A stretch of 64,000 bases of DNA from Gammaproteobacteria bacterium (GCA_024642505.1 JAHEAZ010000005.1:7123-71122), one strand, 5' to 3'. Counted from the first letter of the stretch, positions 19,675 through 29,342 are shown. The notes: generated by a model not told the origin, from the sequence alone. Program-made: numbers and translations.

Positions 19675-20634
19675 ATGAGCCAGTCCAGTTTTGCCGTTGT
19701 TGGTGCCGGTCTCGCCGGCCTGGCCTGTGCACGACGCATCGCCGATGCTGGTCACGCCGTGACGGTTTACGACAAGGGCCGTTCGCCCGGCGGCAGGATG
19801 GCCACGAGGCGCGGCGAGCTGGCTACCTGGGACCACGGCGCCCAGTACTTTACCGTTCGCGACCCCGTCTTCGCCCGTCTGGTCGCGCTGGCCGGCGCGG
19901 CCGGGCAGGTAGAGAAGTGGCGGCCAAGATGGCCCGGCGGCGAGCAGGAGCGGGGCGACCTTTGGGTCGGCGCGCCGGGAATCTCGGCGTTGCCGCGCTG
20001 GCTGGCCGGCGGTCTGCAGATAGTGCCTGGAACGCGAATCCTGTCGATGGTGCGAGCGGCATCGGGCTGGGTCCTGGCGGATGATCGCGGCGGTGAGTCC
20101 GGGAGCTTCGATTTTGTAGCCGTGGCCGTGCCGGCAGCCCAGGCTGCAGCCTTGGTCGCTGGCCACACGGTACTCGCGGATCGTGCCGCATCCATCGTCA
20201 TGGCGCCGTGCTGGGCGGTCATGGTCGCATTTGAGCGCCGGCTCGAGACCGGGCTCGATGCAGACTGGTCACCGGACCCGGTGCTTCCCTGGATCGCCCG
20301 CAACAGCTCCAAGCCGCGCCGTCACGGCCTCGACGCGTGGGTGCTGCATGCGGATGCAGGCTGGTCGCGCGAGCATTTCGAGACCGATGCGGCCCGGGTC
20401 CAGGCTGCGCTGCTCGAGCGGCTGGCCGGCCGACTTTCGGTCGAGCTGCCGGCCGTCGCGGCGATTGAGGCGCATCGCTGGCGCTACGCCCGGGTCGACA
20501 AGCCCATCGGCGAGCCGTACCTGCTGGACAGGCCAGGCAGCCTTGCGCTCTGCGGCGACTGGTGCCTCGATGCGCGGGTGGAGGCTGCCTTCATTTCCGG
20601 TGATCGCCTGGGCGCGGAATTGGCCAGAGGGTAA
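19675..20634 (+). CDS. NAD(P)/FAD-dependent oxidoreductase (renalase-like)
   Basis: N-terminal Rossmann motif FAVVGAGLAGLACA, then YDKGRSPGGRMATRR. Confidence 0.75.
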   Translation: MSQSSFAVVGAGLAGLACARRIADAGHAVTVYDKGRSPGGRMATRRGELATWDHGAQYFTVRDPVFARLVALAGAAGQVEKWRPRWPGGEQERGDLWVGAPGISALPRWLAGGLQIVPGTRILSMVRAASGWVLADDRGGESGSFDFVAVAVPAAQAAALVAGHTVLADRAASIVMAPCWAVMVAFERRLETGLDADWSPDPVLPWIARNSSKPRRHGLDAWVLHADAGWSREHFETDAARVQAALLERLAGRLSVELPAVAAIEAHRWRYARVDKPIGEPYLLDRPGSLALCGDWCLDARVEAAFISGDRLGAELARG

Positions 20635-20641
20635 GCGGGTC

Positions 20642-21190
20642 ATGACCACACTGCAGGAGCTGCTGAGGATCATCGCATCGCTCGATGGCAGGAAGCCCGC
20701 GTCCAGCCAGCCCGACCGGCTGGACGAACTGTTTGCCGACTTGAGGGCAGCTAGGCCGCGGCGGCCTCCGCCCGAGATAGAGGAATTGATCTGGGACCTC
20801 TGGGCGAGCCATCCGGACCAAGTCCTGCAACGCCGCCTCGAGCTGGCAGCGGGCTCGATTGCGCGCGGGGAATACACGCGCGCCAGACGCCTGCTCGATC
20901 CGCTGGTCGAGGCCAGCCCGATGTGGGCAGAAGCCTGGAACAAGCGTGCGACCCTGCATTATCTCGCAGGCCGGGATACCGAGAGTTTCGAAGACATCAG
21001 GAAGGTGCTCGAGTTGGAGCCGCGCCACTTCGGCGCGGTTTGCGGCTTCGCGCAAATCTGCCTGCGTCGTGGCGAACGTGCCGCAGCAATGGTGGCTTTT
21101 GAGGCGGCGCTGGCCATCAATCCACACCTGACCGGGGTCCGGGCCGCAGTCGAGGACTTGCGGGACTCGACCGCTGCGCCAATCCACTAG
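20642..21190 (+). CDS. TPR-repeat protein
   Basis: Start trimmed to ATG 20642, 8 nt after the upstream stop. Contains TPR-like repeats (AWNKRATLHYLAGRDTESFEDIRKVLELEPRHFGA...AAMVAFEAALAINPH). The ORF-track 5' extension overlaps the oxidoreductase gene. Confidence 0.65.
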   Translation: MTTLQELLRIIASLDGRKPASSQPDRLDELFADLRAARPRRPPPEIEELIWDLWASHPDQVLQRRLELAAGSIARGEYTRARRLLDPLVEASPMWAEAWNKRATLHYLAGRDTESFEDIRKVLELEPRHFGAVCGFAQICLRRGERAAAMVAFEAALAINPHLTGVRAAVEDLRDSTAAPIH

Positions 21191-21199
21191 GAAGACCGA

Positions 21200-23272
21200 A
21201 TGCAGAAGGAAACAGGCATCTCGACACCCCCGATCGCAGAGGCGAGGCCCCATGTCGTCGTGTCGCCGAACGGGTCGCGTACGGACGACTACTTCTGGCT
21301 ACGGGACGACACCCGTAGCAACCCGCAGGTGCTCGCCTATCTCGAGGAAGAGAATGCCTATGCCAGTGCGATGCTCGCGCATGTGAAGCCGCTCGAGGAC
21401 ACGATCTACGGCGAAATCGTCGGACGGATCAAGCAGGATGATTCGAGCGTTCCGTATCGCAAGCGTGGCTTCTGGTACTACACGCGTTACCAGGAGGGCG
21501 GTGAGTACCCGCTTTATGCGCGCCGAAAGGGCAGCCTGGATACCGCCGAGCAGGTCATGCTGGATGGCAATGAACTGGCGACGGGCGCAGATTTCTTCGA
21601 GATAGGCAGCATGGCCGTCGCGCCCGGTGAACGGCTGCTGGCATATACCGAGGACCGGATTGGACGACGCCAGTACACCCTGCGGTTCAGGAACCTCGAT
21701 ACGGGGGAAATGCTGCCCGACGCGATAGGCCAGGTTGATCCAAGCGTCGTCTGGACGGCCGACGGCCACAGCGTGCTCTATGCGGAGAAGCATCCGGAGA
21801 CGCTGTTGCCGTATCGTGTCCGCAGGCACGTGCTTGGCACGCCGGTATCGGCGGATACGCTGGTCTACGAGCTCAAGGACCTGAGCCTCTACCTCTCCGT
21901 GGACCACACCAAGGATGAGCGGTACCTGCTGATCGTCGGTAGCGGCCACGATGCAACCGAGGTCCGCTACGCCCGCGCAGCCGACCCCGGACTCGAGTTC
22001 AGGCTGATGCTCGCCAAGGAGGACGGACACGAGTACTACCCCGATCACTTCGATGGCCGATGGATCATCCGCAGCAACTGGCAGGCGCCAAACTTTCGCG
22101 TCGTCGAAGTGCCGGTCGGCAGTGAGGGCGATCGCGGAGCATGGCGTGACGTCATACCTCATCGCGGGGACGCCTCGGTAGAGGACCTCAGCGTCTTCAC
22201 GCGCTTCATGGCGGTCAATGAGCGCTCGGGCGGCCTGCTCAAGGTCCGGATCCATCCGTGGGCGGGTGGCGAGGAAACCTTCATCTCCTCGGACGAGCCG
22301 ACGTTCGTTGCCGAACTGGGTGCCAACTTCGAGCTCGAGACGGACCTGGTTCGCTATACCTATACGTCGCTGACTACGCCGCGTTCCACCTACGACCATG
22401 ATGTCCGCAGCGGGCGGAAGACGCTCCTGAAGCGCGAGCCGGTGCTCGGCAGATTCGACCCGGCGGACTACGCGACCGAGTATCGCTGGGCAACAGCGCG
22501 CGACGGAGCGCAGGTGCCGGTATCGATCGTCTACCGCAAGGGGATCCGGCCCGACGGCAGCGCGCCGCTGCTGCAGTACGGCTACGGCGCCTACGGGCTT
22601 TCAATGGACCCGGTGTTCTCGTCCGCCCGGCTGTCATTGCTCGACCGAGGCTTCGTCTACGCCATCGCGCACGTTCGCGGCGGGCAGGAGATGGGCCGGC
22701 GCTGGTATGAAGGCGGCAAGCTGCTCAACAAGTGGAACAGCTTCACTGATTTCATCGATGTCACCCGCTTCCTGGTGCGCGAAGGCTACGCGGATCCGGA
22801 GCGGGTATTCGCTTCAGGCGGCAGCGCGGGCGGGTTGTTGATGGGGGCGGTGGCCAATGCAGCGCCAGGCGACTATCGCGGCATCGTCACGCACGTGCCC
22901 TTCGTTGACGTAGTTACGTCCATGCTCGACGAGGATCTGCCGCTGACCACACTCGAATACGTTGAATGGGGCGACCCACGGCGCGAAGCCTGCTATCGCT
23001 ACATGCTCTCCTATTCGCCCTACGACAACGTCTCGGCGCAGGCCTATCCGGCCATGCTGGTGATCACCGGCCTGTGGGACAGCCAGGTACAGTACTTCGA
23101 GCCTGCCAAGTGGGTGGCGAAGCTCAGGCGCCTCAAGACCGACGGCAACCCGCTGCTGTTCCGGACCAATATGGAGGCCGGGCACGGGGGCAAGTCGGGG
23201 CGGTTCCAGCGCTATCGTGAAGTGGCGGAGGAGTACGTCTTCCTGCTCGCCCAGTCGGGTATCACCGTCTAG
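21200..23272 (+). CDS. ptrB: oligopeptidase B (S9A prolyl-oligopeptidase family)
   Basis: 690 aa. N-terminal DDYFWLRD, beta-propeller, catalytic Ser in GGSAGGLLMG, and a C-terminal GHGG. Confidence 0.88.
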   Translation: MQKETGISTPPIAEARPHVVVSPNGSRTDDYFWLRDDTRSNPQVLAYLEEENAYASAMLAHVKPLEDTIYGEIVGRIKQDDSSVPYRKRGFWYYTRYQEGGEYPLYARRKGSLDTAEQVMLDGNELATGADFFEIGSMAVAPGERLLAYTEDRIGRRQYTLRFRNLDTGEMLPDAIGQVDPSVVWTADGHSVLYAEKHPETLLPYRVRRHVLGTPVSADTLVYELKDLSLYLSVDHTKDERYLLIVGSGHDATEVRYARAADPGLEFRLMLAKEDGHEYYPDHFDGRWIIRSNWQAPNFRVVEVPVGSEGDRGAWRDVIPHRGDASVEDLSVFTRFMAVNERSGGLLKVRIHPWAGGEETFISSDEPTFVAELGANFELETDLVRYTYTSLTTPRSTYDHDVRSGRKTLLKREPVLGRFDPADYATEYRWATARDGAQVPVSIVYRKGIRPDGSAPLLQYGYGAYGLSMDPVFSSARLSLLDRGFVYAIAHVRGGQEMGRRWYEGGKLLNKWNSFTDFIDVTRFLVREGYADPERVFASGGSAGGLLMGAVANAAPGDYRGIVTHVPFVDVVTSMLDEDLPLTTLEYVEWGDPRREACYRYMLSYSPYDNVSAQAYPAMLVITGLWDSQVQYFEPAKWVAKLRRLKTDGNPLLFRTNMEAGHGGKSGRFQRYREVAEEYVFLLAQSGITV

Positions 23273-23291
23273 GCTGCGTGCCAGCACGACG

Positions 23292-24614
23292 ATGCAACAG
23301 CACACGCCAGGGGGTGTCGGGTTGGGCGGTCGCATGGTGGTGCTGCTAGGCCGGGTCGTCAGCGTGCGGCCTGACGAGCTACCGGCGCTTGGCGCGGCGT
23401 TTGGCTATAACTTCCTGCTGTTTACCGCCTATTACATCCTGCGGCCGCTCAGGGACAGCATGGGTATCGCCGGTGGCGTGCACTCGCTCGACAACCTGTT
23501 CTGGTTCACCTTTCTTGCGATGCTGGTTGCCATGCCGCTGTTCGGCTGGCTCTGCGGTCGCTACCGCCGAGCCGTCTTTCTGCCGTGGACCTATGCCTTC
23601 TTCATCCTGAACCTGCTCGCTTTCTGGATCCTGTTCCGGGTGCTTGACGACGACGTATGGACGGCACGGGTGTTCTTCGTCTGGGTGAGCGTCTTCAACC
23701 TCTTCGTGGTTTCTGTGTTCTGGAGCTTCATGGCCGACCTGTTCGACCGGGAGCAGGCCAAGCGGATGTTCGCTTTCATCGCGGGCGGGGCGAGCACCGG
23801 CGCGATTACGGGATCGGGCACGACCGCGTTCCTGGCCCAGGCCGTGGGTGACACCAACCTCCTGCTGGTGTCAGCGGCGCTGCTAGGCGCTACCCTGTTC
23901 CCCATGCGCTACCTGCAGGGCTGGAGCGCGGGTCGCGTGCGGCGCGAGGACCGGATCGACGAGCGCCCGATAGGCGGCAATCCATTCGCCGGGGCCTTGC
24001 TGGTGATGCGTTCCGGCTATCTGATCGGCATCGGCGCCTTCGTGTTCCTGCTGGTGACCGTATCCACTTTCCTGTACCTGCAACAAGCAGAGCTGCTGGC
24101 CCAGTTCTATCCGGATGGCAGCGAGCGCACGGCTTTCCTGGGACGCATAGACCTGACCGTCAATCTGCTGGCGGTCGCGATGCAACTGCTGGCCGTCGGT
24201 CGGTTGACCGCGCGATTCGGCGTTGCGGTCATGCTGCCGTCCATCCCGCTGATGATGGCCGCTGGGTTCGTCCTGCTGGCGGTCCAGCCGGCACTCGCTA
24301 CCCTGGTAGCCGTGATGATTGCGCGGCGGGCGGGCGAGTACGCGGTCACGCGGCCGTGCCGCGAAATGCTGTTCACCACAGTCGATCGTGAGACCAAGTA
24401 CAAGGCCAAGAACTTCATCGACACCGTCGTATACCGCGGCGGCGACGCGATCTCGGCGTCGTTCCACGAGGCCGTCATCAAGACCTTTTCGCTGGGCCTG
24501 TCCGGAATCGCCTGGCTGGGAGCAGCCGTGGCGGGCATCTGGATCGTCGTGGCCGTGGCGCTGGGCCGTCGCCACGAGGCAATGCACCCGCCGGCGCGGG
24601 CCGGCCGTGACTAG
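23292..24614 (+). CDS. MFS-type transporter, TLC/AAA (ATP:ADP antiporter-like, Npt) family-like
   Basis: ~12 hydrophobic segments. The N-terminal FGYNFLLFTAYYILRPLRDSMG resembles the NTP/NDP exchange transporter family. Start may be ATG 23292 or ATG 23334. Confidence 0.5.
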   Translation: MQQHTPGGVGLGGRMVVLLGRVVSVRPDELPALGAAFGYNFLLFTAYYILRPLRDSMGIAGGVHSLDNLFWFTFLAMLVAMPLFGWLCGRYRRAVFLPWTYAFFILNLLAFWILFRVLDDDVWTARVFFVWVSVFNLFVVSVFWSFMADLFDREQAKRMFAFIAGGASTGAITGSGTTAFLAQAVGDTNLLLVSAALLGATLFPMRYLQGWSAGRVRREDRIDERPIGGNPFAGALLVMRSGYLIGIGAFVFLLVTVSTFLYLQQAELLAQFYPDGSERTAFLGRIDLTVNLLAVAMQLLAVGRLTARFGVAVMLPSIPLMMAAGFVLLAVQPALATLVAVMIARRAGEYAVTRPCREMLFTTVDRETKYKAKNFIDTVVYRGGDAISASFHEAVIKTFSLGLSGIAWLGAAVAGIWIVVAVALGRRHEAMHPPARAGRD

Positions 24615-26624
24615 TCAGTTGCCCGCAAGTTCGAATCGCACTCGCAGCTGGACCCGCTGATCCAGCGGCTTCCCGGCCACGATCCTGGGCTGGTAGCGCC
24701 AGCCCTGTACGGCGTCCAGAACCGCCTGCTCGAAGCTGCCGGCGGGGCTGGAATCCGTCACGAAGGCGTCCCGGGTCGAACCGTCGGCAGCAACCGTGAA
24801 CTGTACGTCGACCCAGCCTTGGATGCCTCGCGACGCAGCCCGGACGGGGTACTTGGCCGGCTGGTGCTCGATCTTGGTGAGGGCGCCTTCGGGCAGGATC
24901 TCCTGCGACGCGACCGCGCGGGCGCGGGCAGAATTCAGTGCGCTCCTGGCCGAGGCGACCTCCGATTTACGGGCTCCGGCACTGCCGGCCGCGGCAAGCG
25001 CCGCTTCGGCGTCGGCGTAACGTTGGTCCCGCATCAGCCGCCCGGAGTCGTCGAGCAGCGCCTCTGCCAGCAGGGCGGCCGTCTCCGCCAGGCCGCTGTA
25101 GCCGGGATCGGCCGCACTCAGCAGATCGACATAGTGCCGCGCCGAATCGCCCGGAGGATCGAGCAGTCGGCCTTGCGCGATCCGCTGGTTGGCCAGGGCG
25201 AGCAGGCGCGAGCGATCCTCCTGGACCGTCGCAAGCCGGGCCGACTCGATCTCGGCCCGCAGACGCGCCACGGACCTGCCATCGACGCCCAGCGAGGCCG
25301 CGCGATCCAGCCAGTCCGTTGCGGCGATCATGTCGCCGTCTTTCATGGCCTCGTTTGCGGCGAGCAACATGCGACCCGAAAGCGCATTCATGGCCTGCTG
25401 AACGCCCGCGTCCCCTGGGCGCGTGTCGCGCGCTTCGAGAACGTAGGATTCTGCGCTGTCTGCGCCGCCCACCAGCCTCCCCCGTCTCATTCTCTCATCG
25501 GCCAGCGTGAGCAACCTGTTGAGGCGCTCGTCCTGCGCCTGCTCGGCAGCAGCCCCGCCGGTCGCGGCGACGCTAGAGGCCCCCTGCAGGCGATCGCGTT
25601 CGTGTACTAGCTGCGCAGAGAAGAATTCGAGGCGCGGATTGGCCGGGTCGGCACTGCGCGCCGCATCGAGCGCGCCAGCCGCTGCCGGCAGGTCCTGAGC
25701 CAGCAGCAGTTGCTCGACCCGTAGCAGAAGTTCATCCGTGGTCCTTGCCAGGCCCCGCAGCGCCTCGACGTTGCCTGGGTCTGCAAGCAGCGCCCGGCGG
25801 TACAGCTCGACTGCGTTCTGCCCTTCCGGCTCGGCAAGGCGTCCCTGGGATAGCGCGATACCGGCCGTGCTCAACAGCCGGGACAACGCCGGATCAGCGC
25901 GCTTTGGGGTTGGCACCGGCTCGTCCTTCTGGGCCGGTGCAAGGGCCGTGATGTCTGGTATCGAGATCTTCTCCCAAGGCTTCTGTCGCACCAGGCTCGT
26001 CAGCGCCCAGACGGCAACGACCGCGACGGCAATCGCGACAAAAATCCGCAGGGCGCGCCTGATGCGTACCGGATCGAGCCGGATGTGCGGCAGCCGGATC
26101 GAGCGCACGGACTCGAGCGCACGTGCCGAGGCAGCCGGCAGGGTACTGGACGAGGACAGGTTGGCGTCGGGTTGTTCGCCCTGACGGCGTGCCGCGGCAT
26201 CCATGAAGTTGCGGACCCGGTCGGCTGAGACCGGCTTGTGCAGGAAGCGGAACACGGCGCCGCTGGAGATGCGGTCGCCGAGTTCGAGCTCGTCGTCCCG
26301 CCGGCCGGTGACGACAATCGGGAAGTCCGGGAACTGCTCGTGGAGCCTGTCCACCAGCGTCGGTGTCTCGTGCGCTGGCAGCGCGGCGTCGATAAAAACG
26401 ATGCCGGAGTGTGCCGCAACCAGCAGGTCGGCGGCATGCAGTGCGTTATCCGCCCGCCATACCCGCTGTCTTCCGTCGAGGGCGTGCTTGAGCAACTCGA
26501 GCAGCGTCACATCCTCTGCCAGGACGATGACGTTGGCACCAGCAGTCGCGGTCGCGGGCCGGCCGGGGGCCGCCTGCGGTTCATCCGGCGCGGTTGCGCC
26601 TGCATTCGCTCTTTTCGGGGCCAA
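24615..26624 (-). CDS. receiver (REC)-domain / single TM / repeat region / TonB C-terminal-domain fusion protein
   Basis: The C-terminus is TonB_C-like (YPVRAASRGIQGWVDVQFTVAADGSTRDAFV...AVLDAVQGWRYQP). The N-terminus has all REC landmarks: VIVLAED, IVFIDAALP, PIVVTG, FLHKP. TM segment IFVAIAVAVVAVWALTSLV. Three (Q/R)GRL..P.gdsA..Y......DPG repeats. The start is uncertain; TTG 26624 is chosen because GGAG lies 7 nt upstream. Confidence 0.7.
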   Translation of the reverse strand: MAPKRANAGATAPDEPQAAPGRPATATAGANVIVLAEDVTLLELLKHALDGRQRVWRADNALHAADLLVAAHSGIVFIDAALPAHETPTLVDRLHEQFPDFPIVVTGRRDDELELGDRISSGAVFRFLHKPVSADRVRNFMDAAARRQGEQPDANLSSSSTLPAASARALESVRSIRLPHIRLDPVRIRRALRIFVAIAVAVVAVWALTSLVRQKPWEKISIPDITALAPAQKDEPVPTPKRADPALSRLLSTAGIALSQGRLAEPEGQNAVELYRRALLADPGNVEALRGLARTTDELLLRVEQLLLAQDLPAAAGALDAARSADPANPRLEFFSAQLVHERDRLQGASSVAATGGAAAEQAQDERLNRLLTLADERMRRGRLVGGADSAESYVLEARDTRPGDAGVQQAMNALSGRMLLAANEAMKDGDMIAATDWLDRAASLGVDGRSVARLRAEIESARLATVQEDRSRLLALANQRIAQGRLLDPPGDSARHYVDLLSAADPGYSGLAETAALLAEALLDDSGRLMRDQRYADAEAALAAAGSAGARKSEVASARSALNSARARAVASQEILPEGALTKIEHQPAKYPVRAASRGIQGWVDVQFTVAADGSTRDAFVTDSSPAGSFEQAVLDAVQGWRYQPRIVAGKPLDQRVQLRVRFELAGN

Positions 26625-27018
26625 ACGGTTGCTCCGCAAGTCTCGTCCGGGTTCGCGCAAATACCGTCCACAGGACGGATTCGGAAGCCAGGGCACGCCA
26701 CACGCGATTGTTTGACAATTTCTGCCGTGGCGGACGAGACACACGTCTCGTTTCGGGGTCAACCCGTGTGACAGCCATCCGAAATTTATTGTTTTTCGGG
26801 ACCTTATGCCCGGCAGGACCGTATCCCGATCCCACTGGTGCCGGGTTGTTGCAGATACGCCGCAAGCGCCCCTGGTGGGTCCCGGCAGGGACAATATGTG
26901 AAGCTCGACAAGCTCTTAAATCCCGGCGTATGTTGCTTCAGTCAGGGGTCCCTGGACCCCGTCAAGGGTTGGCGCGGCGACCCCAATGTGGGTCGCGACT
27001 GCAACGAGAGGGCATTTC

Positions 27019-27498
27019 ATGGTCGCTCAGAGCAAGGTCGCGCGAGACATCATCTTCCTGTCGAGCCTGCCGCCGGAGAATCACCACCAGCTCGAGTCGC
27101 TGTTGTTCTTCAACCGCCAGCAGGACAAGGTGCGTCCCGGCATCGTGGACGCCATCGACCGCTACGGAACACCGGAAATCGTCGCTGGTGCCAACGGGTT
27201 GAAGGTTCGCGTCGCAAGCCCCGTCGAGGTGCAATGCCTGTTCGCCGTGGAACGCAACGGCGCGAATGGCAGGCCGGTGGGATTGATCCTCTACACGCGC
27301 GACAGCTTCGAGCGGATCACCGTCCTGCATCTGGTGGTGGCGGAGGAATATGCGGCCGGCGGCCCCTGTGCCGATCGGCACCTGTTGCTGCGACTGGTCC
27401 AGGCGGTCAGGCGCGTGGCGCGCCGCACGTCCGGGATCCGCCACGTGGAACTGCTCTATTCGCAAAGCAGGTTGCGGACCGAGGTGGCCTGCGCCTGA
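27019..27498 (+). CDS. hypothetical protein (possible degenerate GNAT-like fold)
   Basis: 159 aa from ATG 27019. No confident family. ILYTRDSFERITVLHLVVAEEYAAGG...LLLRLVQAVRRVAR is only vaguely acetyltransferase-like. Divergent from the REC-TonB_C gene. Confidence 0.4.
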   Translation: MVAQSKVARDIIFLSSLPPENHHQLESLLFFNRQQDKVRPGIVDAIDRYGTPEIVAGANGLKVRVASPVEVQCLFAVERNGANGRPVGLILYTRDSFERITVLHLVVAEEYAAGGPCADRHLLLRLVQAVRRVARRTSGIRHVELLYSQSRLRTEVACA

Positions 27499-27502
27499 GG
27501 CT

Positions 27503-27892
27503 TCAGCCACTCATGTAGGCCTCGGCCTCGATCTCGACCAGCATTCCAGGCGAGATCAGGCGGCTCACCTCGATCATCGTCGATGCAGGACCGATTTCCC
27601 CAAAGAAATCAGCGTGCACTGCAGCGATCTGCTGCCAGTTCCCGACATCCGTAACGTAGATGCGGGTTCGCACGACCTGTGCCATGCCGGCGCCAGCACT
27701 CTCGAGCGCGCGGCGAATATTATCGAGCACCTGCCGTGCTTGGGCACCGGGCTGGCCCTCTCCCACCAGCGACCCGGACTCGTCCGTGGCCGTGGTGCCG
27801 GAGACCCACACGTGTGGCCCAATCCTCACGGCGCGCGAGTAGCCGACCAGAGGCTCAAACGGAGAGTTTCCCGGAATGTTCCTGCGCTGCAT
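27503..27892 (-). CDS. RidA/YjgF/UK114-family protein
   Basis: 129 aa: YSRAVRIGPHVWVSGTTA...ARQVLDNIRRALESAGAGMAQVVRTRIYV...VEIEAEA. Confidence 0.85.
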   Translation of the reverse strand: MQRRNIPGNSPFEPLVGYSRAVRIGPHVWVSGTTATDESGSLVGEGQPGAQARQVLDNIRRALESAGAGMAQVVRTRIYVTDVGNWQQIAAVHADFFGEIGPASTMIEVSRLISPGMLVEIEAEAYMSG

Positions 27893-27990
27893 CGAAAACC
27901 CCTTTCCTTTTCTTGTGCCAGAGAACGTTAGGATATGAACGGTGCTCGCCGCAATGACTGTCCGGTCCAGGTCCGCCCTCCAGGAGAGAC

Positions 27991-28305
27991 ATGATGCCCA
28001 GATTCAACCGCAAGCATTCTCTTGCCCTGCTGGTCGTATTCCTGGCTGCGCCGATGGCGCAGGCGGCGTCGCGCGAACAGATTGACGCAGGGGTCCAGGA
28101 AGCGAAAACCAGGCTACACGAACGCTCGAGCGACGGATGGAATGCCGGGGTGGACGGCAGCGTGCCGCTCGCAACCCACGGGGCGGGCGCGGAGATTGAC
28201 ACTGAAACCGCGAAGAAGCCGATCATCGGCTTCACATTCTCGAACGAAGGATTGATGTACAACCTGACCTTCGAGGGCCCCAGGATTACCGAGATCGCCA
28301 AGTAA
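27991..28305 (+). CDS. small secreted protein, possibly a short SYLF/Ysc84-like remnant
   Basis: Signal peptide ..APMAQAAS. Only the C-terminal IIGFTFSNEGLMYNLTFEGPRITEI resembles the last repeat of SYLF domains. About half the normal domain length. Confidence 0.35.
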   Translation: MMPRFNRKHSLALLVVFLAAPMAQAASREQIDAGVQEAKTRLHERSSDGWNAGVDGSVPLATHGAGAEIDTETAKKPIIGFTFSNEGLMYNLTFEGPRITEIAK

Positions 28306-28349
28306 CGGCCGCATGGGGGCGCCGTGCTGTTGGCCGACTGCAGTTCGCC

Positions 28350-29342
28350 GTGATCGCACTTGACCGGCGACGCTCGACCGGGGCGTTGCTGTTCATCGTG
28401 GCGTTCACCGCGCTGGCGGGTACTCTGGGCTCACTCGGTCACCTGGCATGGTGGCTCGAGCTGTTCACTCACTTCCGGCCCCAGTACGCGCTGTTGCTCA
28501 CTGCCGGCGGCATTGGCCTCATGCTCCTGGGCCGGCTGGGCGTAGGCTTCGCAGCGCTGGCTCTCGCCGCCGCGAATGCCTTGCCGATGCTGAGCTACTA
28601 CGTTGCGCCACCCGTCCAGGCGGGCAGCGGACCCGAAATCAAGGCGGTGCTGTCGAACGTCTACTTCCGCAATGGCAACCACGACAGGTTGCTGGACTAT
28701 ATCGGTCGACTGCGGCCTGATGTCGCGGTGTTCCTCGAGGTCACGCCCGAATGGCGCGAGGCCTTGCAGTCCCTGTCCGGCACGCTGCCCTATCAGGCCC
28801 ATGCCGGCGAGGTCTTCGTCGCGAGCACCCGTCCGCTGGCGGGCCTAAGCGCGCTGCCGCTTTCCGGAACGGGTGAAATGGCAGTGGCGTTTTCACTGGA
28901 TTCCGATGCCGGCCGCGTCACGATCGTCGGCGCACACGCCGACTGGCCGCTGGGCGCGGCGATCGCCGCGAACCGCGATCTAGAGCTTGCGTCCCTTGCG
29001 GAAATCACCCGATCGTTGCCCGGCCCGGTGCTGCTGCTCGCCGACCTCAATGCCACCGCCTTTTCGCCGGTCTTCAATGCCCTGCTGGTGCGCTCGGGCC
29101 TCGCAGACTGTGCGGCCGGGCGCGGCTTCCATCCCACCTGGCCCGTATGGTTTCCGCTCCTCTACATGCAGATCGATCACTGTTTTGCCGGGCCCGGCCT
29201 GGTGGTGACCGACTTCCACACGGGTCCCTACGTCGGCTCCGATCACTACCCGCTCGAGGTCACCCTGAGACTACAGGGCGTCACGAGTGGCGACGGGCCC
29301 GGCGTCAGTGCTTCTCTGGGGCCCCCGACATCCCGCCAGTAA
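28350..29342 (+). CDS. endonuclease/exonuclease/phosphatase (EEP) family protein with N-terminal membrane segments
   Basis: 330 aa with a GTG start. Three N-terminal hydrophobic helices. Catalytic-end motif GSDHYPLEVTL. Confidence 0.75.
   Translation: MIALDRRRSTGALLFIVAFTALAGTLGSLGHLAWWLELFTHFRPQYALLLTAGGIGLMLLGRLGVGFAALALAAANALPMLSYYVAPPVQAGSGPEIKAVLSNVYFRNGNHDRLLDYIGRLRPDVAVFLEVTPEWREALQSLSGTLPYQAHAGEVFVASTRPLAGLSALPLSGTGEMAVAFSLDSDAGRVTIVGAHADWPLGAAIAANRDLELASLAEITRSLPGPVLLLADLNATAFSPVFNALLVRSGLADCAAGRGFHPTWPVWFPLLYMQIDHCFAGPGLVVTDFHTGPYVGSDHYPLEVTLRLQGVTSGDGPGVSASLGPPTSRQ

Noticed and set aside
26835-26860. Sigma-54-like TGG..N..TTGCA string (ctggtgccgggttgttgcag). A similar TGGCAC-aacct-GACAG string lies at about 15008-15024.
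   Set aside because: The GG to GC spacing is off by 2-3 nt in the first case, and the -12 element is wrong in the second. No enhancer-binding protein gene is nearby.
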